From Bigelowiella natans CCMP2755 (taxonomy: Eukaryota; Protista; Cercozoa), in the NCBI GenBank assembly GCA_000320545.1, contig ADNK01001510.1, positions 87,466-151,465 on the forward strand: a DNA stretch of 64,000 bases, read 5' to 3'. The notes beneath the pieces are model-generated. The model was given only the letters and a program-made list of their open reading frames with translations. It was not told the origin of the DNA and ran no database searches. This document shows, piece after piece, positions 52,921 to 64,000 of this stretch (position 1 is the first letter of the stretch; the number at the start of each line of letters is the position of its first letter). Position numbers and translations under genes: made by a program.

Positions 52921-54743
52921 CGTCCGAGCACAAACAAACATGATACAATTTATGATATGCGCCATATTCTCGCCAACTCATTTTAATACTTCATGCCGAA
53001 ACTAATTTGTCGGATACTTTGGAACTCCGCATATAGAGCGACCCAGTTTTCGTCTGCATTATTGTTAATGTTATTAATTGTTGTTGTTGATGATGACGCA
53101 AGTTACACGAGGCGACACTCGATGACAAAGGGATGAATGTATCAACATACACGTTAACTCGGCAGTGGTGATGGTAGTTATAGTAATTATAAATGACTTA
53201 CAAGGAAAATGTTTGCATTCTTCCTTCTCGATCCGACATAAAAAACACAGTAACATTGTGATGGTTTTTGTCAGATCGTTGATGACCCGGCACTCGCATT
53301 CAGAATTTTCTTTTCAAGACACCCCTTCTAATTCATGACAAATGCTGCCACTCACTGATACAACTACAACTACCACCGTGATCGTTGAGATATGGTCCTG
53401 AGTGACATGGGAAGGGACGGCACTCATCCCATCCTGACATATATCATGCAGGTCAGCAGTAGCAGAAACATGTGGCGTCATGGGTTACTTGATATTATTG
53501 TTTGGGTTGACTCTGCTGTTGCGTACAGCACCACCTTCTTATCTTCCTGGGACTGCTTCTCCACGCAAGATTGACAAAACCTTGCATCGGGGCACAAGTC
53601 GCATATATACCCCATCCATCGGAAGGAAGGATTATTCGGGTAGTGAATCCATCGCTCACACTCATTACATCCTGCACCATTATTTAGGTGTAGTATTATC
53701 ATAAAAATGGGGGTAGCAGATGGCATCGTCGTAGGGTAAAAAATATTATTACTAAAAGGGACACTGAAGTCTTCTTTCAGCTTCAGAATATGAGGATGTA
53801 TTTTGATTTTCCTTCCAGGTTTTCCATCTGAATTTTCGTTTATTTCTATCGTGCAAAAGTATGTACACAGCAGTTTCCCTCAAAGAAGTGATTATTTTGA
53901 AGAATAAGCATCATAAAGATAGTACCGAAGATATTACGGTGAGTCCTCCCATTTGCTGCAGCAGCATCAGGACTTGTTAGACCAAAGCGAGTAGGAGCAG
54001 TTCTGTTGCCTATACTTTGATTCTCGTTTCCCTTTGCCACTCGCTTCTTGTAAATGATCTTTTCCTTACCAATCCGACGCTAAGAAAGGACGGAGGGTGA
54101 ATTTCCTCGTACTCTTTGCAGCCATGATAGCTTTACCTTTCTGTCTTCAGAGCAGAGGCGGTTATTCAAGCGTTCTTCCAGGTCAGAATCGTCAAAACGC
54201 TACAACAGATAACTTCAGAGGGGTAAAATGCGGGCACTGGAAAGCCATTGGTGAACCAATGGGCCTGCCGTAATGAATGATGCTACAAACCGACGAAACG
54301 AAGGATTGACAGTCAAAGGCTCGGGTTGAATTATTCAGACCGCGACGATCGTTCCCGTCGAATGTTCGAATGTTGTCGAGAGACTCACGGGAGGTGCAGC
54401 TGTCATTGCACCCCTGGAAGGATTCACCATTGGAATTTTAGAAGCCACGCTTTCATTTTAATAGATATAAGAAAGATAAAAAATTGACAACCCTGACGTA
54501 ATTGCAGCCATCGTAGTCATTGTTATCTGTTGCCAGTTTTCTTCCACTCTCGAATTGCGATCTTTCTCCCAGTGGTCTCAGTCCTCCTCGCCCTCTCCCT
54601 CCCCTCCCCCCCCGCATGTCTTGGCATCCTGATACATCTTCATCTTCCTTTGCATCCGATAGAACCGCTACAACCTTTCCTCCTCTTACTCTTCCTCTTC
54701 CTCTTCCCCTCACCAGACTCAATCCCCTTCCTCTGCTACCCAT
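51551..54743 (-). CDS. Multi-exon uncharacterised gene with a ZZ-like Cys cluster and possible RGG-rich N-terminus
   Basis: GCNECERWIHY...GYICDLCPDARFCQSC plus other GT/AG-bounded protein-like segments. First exon uncertain (54743 or 54125). Confidence 0.5.
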
Positions 54744-54888
54744 TCGAATTAGGTTGTCGTCTCAAACTGCGACAAGGGGACTTTTGTTCTACGACAAAGC
54801 AATCATAAATATAAGTGGGCCTTGGGAACCACGAAAATGAAATACGAAGTACCAACACGGAAGTGCTCGAAAAAAAAAGAGTACATGT

Positions 54889-55062
54889 AGATCTAGATCT
54901 AGATCTAGGTACGAATCCATTGGAATCGGCATTATTGTTGCGATCTCATTGAACGACAATAACCACAATGAGCGACATTCCGTAAATCCATTGGAATCTC
55001 GTTGACCGACAACAACAATGTGTGATGTTCAGTGAATCCATTGGAATCTCATTGAACGACAA
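54889..55062. promoter_or_regulatory. Candidate bidirectional promoter with a triplicated AATCCATTGGAATC motif
   Basis: Motif at about 54914, 54985 and 55035, each containing ATTGG (reverse CCAAT), preceded by (TAGATC)3. Lies between divergent genes. Confidence 0.4.
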
Positions 55063-55154
55063 CTAGAATGAACGACATTCCTCCAAAATCGGGAGAGGAG
55101 AGCAAGAAGAGGAACAGGGAACGCGGGAAGGCTTTCGCTGTCCTTGGTGCAACC

Positions 55155-56226
55155 ATGGCCCCACGAAACCAATACCTCATTGAGCAACTGGAGAAGAAAA
55201 TGGAGAGCATGAGTGAAAAAATGAGGATGAGTGTTCACAAGGTTAGATTCAACACGCCGCCATGAATTGATGAGATTTTTCATGTGAACCAACCGTCGTC
55301 TAGATTCAACACGCCGCCATGAATTGATGAGATTTTTCATGTGAACCAACCGTCGTCTAGATTCAACACGCCGCCATGAATTGATGAGATTTTTCATGTG
55401 AACCAACCGTCGTCTAGATTCAACACGCCGCCATGAATTGATGAGATTTTTCATGTGAACCGTCGTCGTCCCAATCCAGGCTCTCAGGGGAATGCGTAAA
55501 TACCCATTGGACATCATCAGTGGTAGACAAGCAAAAGAAATAAAAGGAGGTAATAAGTTGATGAACCACAAGCATTCTTCATTAAATTAAATTACTTCAC
55601 TTTAGTTGGAAACTTCCTTGCGAGGATAATCGACAGTATTCTTTCCAAACGCCCCTCCACCGGTTAGTTATTTAGAACTGAGATATTTGCTACTGTTATC
55701 AACTACTCTTCATTAATTTATCAGCGAGAGAACGTGTGGATTTAGTTTCATCTCATCGTACAAGGGAGAGTTCATCAGGAACATCTCATCGTCAGAGCAT
55801 GCGCCGAAGTAAACAGGTAGTCCTCAAGGTAATAGAAAATACATGCAATGGGGACTGATTTCACTTCTCCAAATTCTTAGGCTGAAGACTATATTAACGT
55901 TACTACTACTCGCTGCGATAACCGGGTCACCACCAGTCAGGTGGCTGCTGTGGGTGATGCCCAAAATAATCTTCCCGCAGTCAGATTGGTTCGATCAAAT
56001 AGTAGCAGCAACTACCATGTATTGTCGGTAGGGGGGATTAGACAATTTTGTGATCATTGGGTTAGTGAGTGTACACTAAGGTAATTTATTGGTATCTTAC
56101 GAGAATTTAATTACTCCTGCTCTTAGTTTGCCGCCTCTGCTGATATCTCAAAGCTCACAAAGGCAGAATTGAAGAAAAATCTACAAAACCTTAGAACTAT
56201 CGAAAGATTGACAGGAAATAAGGTGC

Positions 56227-56269
<43 letters not shown>

Positions 56270-56831
56270 CTATCGAAAGATTGACAGGAAATAAGGTGCC
56301 ATCCATATATATATATTTGTTGTGCAGCTGATACTACTACTTTACATCTATTATTTACCTAGGGATTGTCTTGGTTCATCATGAATTACTGTCTCCTTCC
56401 TCTAATTCACAAATCATTAGGAACGTTTAATGGAAACGTTTAAGATCGCTTTAACGAAACCTGAGAATAGTAATTACTTTCTCTTGCCCAAAGAAAGCAA
56501 ACCTCCAAAAGCATACTTACCAAGATATCGAAGGTGCTACTAATTGGAATGTGAAATCATCACTTGAAGCAGCTTCTAGTTATCATCATGATGTAACGAT
56601 GATATCAATTGTTATCTTCTAGTGGTGGATATGCAATCTTAGTTGCTATGGCAGAGGCAAGTCAAGAACCGGAATACCAAGGATTTATGACAAAGAAAGA
56701 AGTTAGTTTAATAGATTTCCACTTTCTTGTTTGTTGATTTTTTCAGCAAGTTTTCCAGTAGTAGGGTTTAAATGTTTGGACATTGTTATTATTATTATTG
56801 TTATTATCAGATATGTGAACGATGCTTGGAC

Positions 56832-56863
<32 letters not shown>

Positions 56864-56874
56864 CAGATTTGTAC

Positions 56875-56906
<32 letters not shown>

Positions 56907-57288
56907 CAGATTTGTGAACGAGGGAAGCGTCATGCTGATGAGCCGTTTGAGTCTTCGTACCAACATTACTATTCCTCTTGGAGTAGCATGGCTACGCTAG
57001 TCAAGCATGAGCTCATTAACAGAAACAACACAAGACCTGTAAAGTAACTTGTTTCACCAATTTGTTTTACCATTTCAAATTATCAGATTCCCCTGCATAT
57101 ACACGAAGAGACACGCACACACACAATATATTTTATTCTACATTTAATTTCATTTTTCCAGCCTGGAAAATTACTGATTTGATTATTTAAAAATCACTTA
57201 GACAACATATAGATGCATGCATACACATAGATGTGTGGTATTATCAGGGCTTTTCATGCTGTGATATTATGGTTTTCTTTCATAGATC

Positions 57289-57323
<35 letters not shown>

Positions 57324-59112
57324 TCACATATCTATTCCACAGATTTCATCTCACATCCAAGGGGCATCAGATTGCCCAAGTGCTTCTTGTAAAACAAGGA
57401 TCCTCCTCCTCCTCCTCTTTGGCAAACTCCAAAGAGATGTCCTCAACTCTTTCTTCTTCTTCTATATACAAGAGCAGCAGGGCAAGGGGAGAAGGTGAAT
57501 TCTACTAAGTTATTAATGGTAAATACTAGGAGGTCAATCCTAATGTGTCTAAGTTATTAATGGTAAATAGTAGATGGCCATGTTATCTCCGGTAGCCATT
57601 ACTCTTTTACTGTTTATGAGGAGGAGAATGGTGCTGATAATGATGATTATAATTGTGAAGACATTGTAACATTTATTGTGATGCAATGGTGTGAAGGCCA
57701 ATACATTAATTATCAACTACGAATTAATACATTAGGGAGTAGTTGTCGTACAACTACTAGTACTACTAGTAGTAGTAGCAGGTCCATGACTACAACTGGA
57801 AGGAGGTAGGTTGTTGTCCAACGAGTGAATAATAATGCCACGACTTTACATACTAGTACTAGCACTGCTCCTTAATGATTAATTTACAAGTGATGATGGA
57901 TGGAAAAGTACTAGAAGAAACCACGTTGTAATTTTACAAATGGAGGAGGAAGAGGAGGAGGAGGTGCTGGGGGTGAAAGCTTTGTAGTAGTAGTAGCAGT
58001 AACAGGCAGCAGCAGCAGTACTGAGTAAGTTCTTCCTCCTCCTCCTCAACTACTATTACTACTACTACCACCACCACTACTACATAAGGAAACGAGATGG
58101 AGATGAGTTAATAGGTCTAGATGAGCTTCTTCAGCCCACCAATCCTTTGCTTCCGGAGACATTTGTGCTGGACAACAACAACAACAACAACAACTACAAG
58201 AAACGAAGACGACAAGAAGTTGTAATAATAGGTGATGATAATGGTAGCGGTGGTGGTGGAGTAGGAGTCCACTCCGGAGCCACCACCACCAACAACAACA
58301 ACAACAACAACAACAACAAGTCGAGCATGATGGATAGTACCAACGAAGCTGGTAGGTCTAGTACTACCACTATTACTCAAAGAAAGAAAAGGCAAAGGAA
58401 CAACCTAGCGATACACCGGTCTAAATCATGCCCAACAACAATGCTCAGTCATAGTAATAATGCTGCTGCACAACAACAGGGGGGAAAGCAAATAAAGGTC
58501 GCTATCAGTTTAACTTACATACTTCCAAAGAAATGGAGGAAACAACAATAATAGCAGTAGTGTGTTGTTCTTGTACGCACTGCAGCGATCATGTTTAAAA
58601 TAATAATACGCAAATAATTGTTCTCCCCAAAAATAATAATAATAATCATCATCATCATCATCATTATCATTATTCTAGGTGACGTTGCGAGGCCAAACCA
58701 TTCGTATTCCTCCCTTAATTGGGGGGTACGAACTGTTACTTATCATTGACAACAGGGAGAAAAAGGTGATGGTAGTGAGTAGAGTCTGGATTTTACTGCC
58801 TCTACCATTAATTTTTTCGTGTGATAATTGATGGTGGTGGTAGTAGAAGTAGTAGAAATAGGGGGTTATCATTGATGGTGGTGGTAGTAGTAGTAGTAGA
58901 AATAGGGGGTTATCATTGATGGTGGTGGTAGTAGTAGTAGAAATAGGGGGTTATCATGTTTGTGCATCTATATGTCAGAACAAATACTTTCATTTCAAAA
59001 TTAATTAGCCTCCTCCTTTAATTCTTTTGCTGGATTTTTCCTGCACACAATTCCTCCTCTCTCTTCTACATGGTCCCTCTCCTTCTTCTTTTTCTTCTGT
59101 TACTACCACTAC

Positions 59113-59144
<32 letters not shown>

Positions 59145-59192
59145 CCTATCATCATCATCATCAGAGTCGAATAAAGCCGACTGAGTTCTCTG

Positions 59193-59231
<39 letters not shown>

Positions 59232-59406
59232 TCAGAGTCGAATAAAGCCGACTGAGTTCTCGGATAAACTCAAAAGGCTGGGCATAGCAGTCATAATGAA
59301 AGCTTTACCCCTTGGAGATGCGTTATGGGTGCGGCGTCTTTGCCAAACAATACTTGAGAACCGAAGAGCAGATTTGTGATAATTGTGAATACTTCCTACC
59401 ATAATC

Positions 59407-59439
<33 letters not shown>

Positions 59440-59730
59440 GTAATAATGAGGATAATCGTTTGGATTGTACGTGCTTGATGCAGGTCGCACGGCCACCCAA
59501 CAGTGATGATGAAAGCAAATGGATCATACTTGGTTTTATCATGGAAAGAAAGGCCTTGAATGATCTAGTTGATTCGATAAAGGTGGTGAATCATTGCTGT
59601 GAGATCTATATTGATTGATGTCGTCAGCATATAATAAAGTAGTGGTTGTAGTAGTAGTAGTAGTAGTGGTAGTAGTAGTAGTAGTAGTAGTATACTGATT
59701 GATGTCGTCAGCACATGATAACATATGTAA

Positions 59731-59762
<32 letters not shown>

Positions 59763-59773
59763 AATATTGAGTA

Positions 59774-59807
<34 letters not shown>

Positions 59808-62800
59808 ATAGGACGGTAGATTGGTTGAACAACGCACACGTTTGGCAGCAAGTGGGCTCAGAAATGTGACGTACATTATAGAGGTTGATTGGTGGAGACA
59901 GAAGAAGAAGAAGAAGAAGAAGAAGAAGAAGAAGAAGAACACCATATTTGGACAACATTTCATTATCGATATCCATCGCATGTGCTGCTGCTGCTTTAAA
60001 TGCTTGAAATGCTTCTGTGGATCGATGTATTATGTTTGAGGACGCTGACCAAAATATATAAAAACCAGAATAAATAAAAGGAAATTTAATATTGAAACTT
60101 AGCGTTGTACTTCTTGCTACTCCTACCAAACCCATGGATTCCATCATCGTCATTCTCCTCTCAAACATCATTCATTCATAAAATTAGGGGAAAGCAGCTA
60201 CTACTACTACTACATGCCAAGACGATGGGAGCAGCACATTAGGAGGAGGAGAAGGAGGTTGTGGTCATGCACTGGAGAGATTAGGGTGAATATTCATAAA
60301 TATGTTTGTCGTATCATTATTACGAGCATGAGTCATCTTTCATGATCAAGTAGTAGCTGATAAGTAACCATTGTTATGAAAATAATAATCTATATATGCT
60401 ACTACTGCCACTTCTCCTTCTGGGGTGCGTTGGCACAGTTATGAATACCGACTACTACTACCACTACCACATACTATATACTACATACTACATATTGCTA
60501 CTACTACCACTACCACATACTATATACTACATACTACATATTACTACTACCACCACTACTACTTACTATATACTACATACTACATATTACTACTACCACC
60601 ACTACTACTTACTATATACTACATACTACATATTACTACTACTACCACTACTACTTACTATATACTACATACTACATATTGCTACTACTACCACTACCAC
60701 ATACTATATACTACATACTACATATTACTACTACCACCACTACTACTTACTATATACTACATACTACATATTGCTACTACTACCACTACCACATACCATA
60801 TACTACATACTACATATTGCTACTACCACATACTATATACTACATACTACATATTACTACTACCACCACTACCACATACTATATACTACATACTACATAT
60901 TGCTACTACTACCACTACCACATACTATATACTACATACTACATATTACTACTACCACCACTACTACATACTATATACTACATACTACATATTACTACTA
61001 CTACCACTACTACATACTATATACTACATACTACATATTGCACCATCTGCACTATGTGACAAGAACATTTATACTCATTATATATATATATATATATATA
61101 TATATCTTCAGACTGCAAGAAAGTACCCTTGCAACAACTCTTACTAAATTAGACTCAGCTTTTGGGTATGTAACGAATATGCATAACGACGTGATAATTA
61201 ATAGAATTAATAGCAGGATCAGAGAATTAAATCAAAAGAGATGATCATGTGTGCATGTTTTATTAGTGCTGTGGTCAATTAGCGATTACTACAATTTTGT
61301 TGTTGTCGTGTAAATCTATACATGTTACCAATATCACAATGTTCTAGCACAAGTACAAGAAAATCAAACAACTGCTGATTTGTGCACACTATAATTGCTA
61401 CGATATACTTTCCTTTAATGTCGTCGTTGGAGGAAGATACATCATTAAAAATAGTATTATTAGAGATGATCTATTTGTGCATACTAAGTACAGGATCGAG
61501 TAACAAATGCTGACGGTGATGATATAATGTGTATGTATCAAGATGTAAGTAAACAAATACACTGACTACTAACTACATATACTACTACTAGCTTTCACAT
61601 TCATCAGACTGGTGATATTCAAGATACCTTATGGGTCTTAGGTGTTACTAGTAGTAGTAGTTGTAGTGGTAGTAAGTAGTTAGAGCTTATTAGTAACAAT
61701 TGGTAGGTTAGGTAGGTAGGTAGGTAGGTAGGTTGCTATCTGCCAAGACTTCTTGTTCCACTGTCTCAGTTAAGAATGGCACTCTAATACATAATTTGTT
61801 TGTTGTATAGTGTTAACTATACTACGTGTATGATGCTTGATTCCCCATCCATCACCACACTCTTTGGTAGGATGCATGACTCGAGCAATCGCTGAGAGGC
61901 TGAACAGTGCCTTAAAATCTGATGATACTACTCAAAGGATAGATGATACGGTTGTTACTGTGTCCGTGGTGATGCTGCTGCTGCTGCTGGGAGGAGTGGT
62001 GGTGGGGTTTCTTCGTATTGATAGATTATTATGAGTCTTTTCAGGAGAAGATTCTTCTTTATGCGTAAGTGCAAGCAAATGATAATGTAAAAAAAAAATG
62101 GTAGGAACGTGCAGCGGAATATCGTTTACGACAAATTCTTTTAGGAGAATTGGGGGCTGTTGTGGTAATTAGTATCCAAAATAACTACAAAAGCAAAACA
62201 GATAGAATGATGCTGCTGCCATTTGACGTAATTTATAATCATGATGACAACAATAAAATGGAGACGGAGGAGGTTTCAAATTAAACTGAGTAAGAATAAA
62301 AAAGAGAAACTGAATTGTCTCAATTTTGGTCGTCAATCGAACAAACATACATGTTCATGATTGCAATGGTAGAATAATTGGTATTCAATATTTCTTGTTA
62401 TCGCTGAGGTATTGATTTGTGCTAGCATGCTTTTTCAATTTGAAATCAATTTAGTTGTGCAAGATCTGCCTATAATAATTCATTGTGGTTTACTATGTCT
62501 AACTTTTGCGAAAGTTTTGCGAGAGAAGCAAACTTGCGGAATGAGAGTTAGCATAAGAGTTCGTCATCAACCCAAATTGGTGCAACAATCAGAGAAATAA
62601 CGGTAAGGAAGGCGATGCACGCGGCATTTGTTACACAAAATGGAAGGTTAGTTTCATTTATCCCATTCGTGTCTTTCCTGCCCGCCAATCGTACAATCGG
62701 AGATATGTTTTTAGCTCATTGATTCCTTTTTTATAGGCTCGTGCAAAAAAAACACGAGAACTAGACAAAACTGTCAAAAAGATATTTGGGAAGCAGCTTC

Positions 62801-63102
62801 GAATGATCAAAGGGAATTCTGCAGAGAAGGTCGGAAAAAGTAGACATTGTTCCAATGCTGCCTCATTGTTGTGAGCAAGGTGTTGACATTGAACTTAGGT
62901 GAGCTCTGTCCTGGAGAAATATGCTTGTTTGTCAAAGCTACTTGCTTCATATCGTTCTTGCCCAAGCAGTCAGAGCGAGGATCAATTGCTTGCTGGACTT
63001 CGATGGGGATCCAAACGGAAAATTCTTGGAAATGCTCAAAGCAAACGAATGAGGGATTTTTTCAGAAGCATTAGGTACACAGACGATGATGACAACACCT
63101 GA
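55155..63102 (+). CDS. MUS81: Crossover-junction endonuclease MUS81
   Basis: N-terminal HhH ALRGMRKYPLDIISGRQAKEIKG. Winged helix YLPRYRSGGYAILVAM and YSSWSSMATLVKHELI. ERCC4 domain LLLIIDNREK, LPLGDALWV, IMERKALNDLVDSIK-DGRLVEQRTRL. C-terminal (HhH)2 TVKKIFGKQLRMIKGNSAEK-VSSVLEKY...LGNAQSKRMRDFF. In-frame alternative start at 55068. Confidence 0.9.
55244..55470. repeat. 57-bp tandem repeat x4 forming most of MUS81 intron 1
   Basis: Unit tagattcaacacgccgccatgaattgatgagatttttcatgtgaaccaaccgtcgtc at 55244, 55301, 55358 and 55415. Confidence 0.95.
60450..61042. repeat. Compound minisatellite (about 40-50-bp units) in a MUS81 intron
   Basis: Repeated tactatatactacatactacatatt(a/g)ctactac..ccac, about a dozen copies. 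Confidence 0.9.
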
Positions 63103-63807
63103 CGTTCACATGTGGTGTCAGCTAGTCAGTGTCGCAACAGTTTGTTCATTCACATGCACAGAGATGCATGTTCCACAAGCCACACTTGTTGGGACATCCA
63201 CGTCCATCTGCGTGTGCTCCAAGTGTGATGTGCACTGATGCAGTGTTCATGCAAGCAGTGGTGCTTGTTGGTGCGGCAGCAATCCCAAATGAAATCGCGC
63301 GCAACAGCCAAAATCTTGCCCATGCTAGCATGTGTGGAGAAAATGAATTCGCAATTTTGTGACGCATTGTTCATTTGTGAACGCAAAATTCACAAGCAAC
63401 ACAGTCGCACGTCTGTCTGCCAGTTGGGACTGTGACCATGCTTCTCGCGATGAACATTGCATCCTCCTTGACATGTTCCAATGCTCATTCTTGTCATTCG
63501 AGCATTTCGACATCCTGAGGCATGTGAAATGGATTCCACACCTGCGATGCATTGCAAACTCAATGGGTTGAATGACTGAAATGGAATTCACACATTTCCA
63601 ATGATTGCAAATGCGCATTTGAGATCAATTTTTCAGTGTCACCAGTCTGGTGCGAGAGACAACACGGCTTTTCGTCTGGTTTCAAAGTGCACGTCGCGGG
63701 TTTTGGGATCCGAGTCAGGTCATGCAAAAGCACAACACAAAAGGGTTGGAAGGGCTGTCATCAAAGTTTGGGTCATCAGATTCAAGATCATCAGCATCAG
63801 GGTCATC
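63103..63807. other. TpA-depleted subtelomere with variant telomere repeats
   Basis: Only two TA, both in CTAG (about 63122 and 63325). Ends in ...GGGTCATCAG...TCAGGGTCATCAGGG. Confidence 0.9.
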
Positions 63808-63983
63808 AGGGTTAGGGTTAGGGTTAGGGTTAGGGTTAGGGTTAGGGTTAGGGTTAGGGTTAGGGTTAGGGTTAGGGTTAGGGTTAGGGTTAGGGTTAGG
63901 GTTAGGGTTAGGGTTAGGGTTAGGGTTAGGGTTAGGGTTAGGGTTAGGGTTAGGGTTAGGGTTAGGGTTAGGGTTAGGGTTAG
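63808..63983 (+). repeat. Telomeric repeat (TTAGGG)n, about 29 copies
   Basis: Perfect GGGTTA array with the G-rich strand pointing towards the window end. Confidence 0.97.
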
Positions 63984-64000
63984 ATAGCTTAGTGAAATAG

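Noticed and set aside
60396-61147. 282-aa and 240-aa Tyr/Thr/Leu-rich ORFs
   Set aside because: Translations of an intronic minisatellite. Only the short LQESTLATTLTKLDSAFG segment near 61090-61165 is a MUS81 exon.
63601-64000. VR- and GL-repeat ORFs
   Set aside because: Translations of telomeric repeats.

Overview
This is eukaryotic nuclear DNA ending in a (TTAGGG)n array, probably a chromosome end of a secondary-plastid alga. Bipartite plastid presequences and small microsatellite-filled introns point to a chlorarachniophyte such as Bigelowiella (inference). Genes reconstructed by eye across introns are an OFA/MCT-like MFS transporter, a C2H2 zinc-finger factor, a DUF3405-like glycosyltransferase, CCT2, a KDM5-like JmjC demethylase, a plastid-targeted transketolase, a plastid-targeted Tab2, a ZZ-like Cys-rich gene and MUS81, which ends about 0.7 kb from the telomeric array. 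Two things stand out. First, intergenic islands are almost devoid of TpA except in CTAG and contain fossil (TA)n tracts converted to TG/CA. This is the footprint expected of a RIP-like TpA->TpG/CpA (A-to-G) mutator acting on silent DNA. Second, an intact, very young, TpA-rich Ty3/gypsy LTR retrotransposon is inserted into one such island. Its integrase ends in a degenerate DIRS/phage Dam-like N6-adenine methyltransferase fold where a chromodomain is often found. Exon boundaries and dinucleotide counts were done manually and are approximate.
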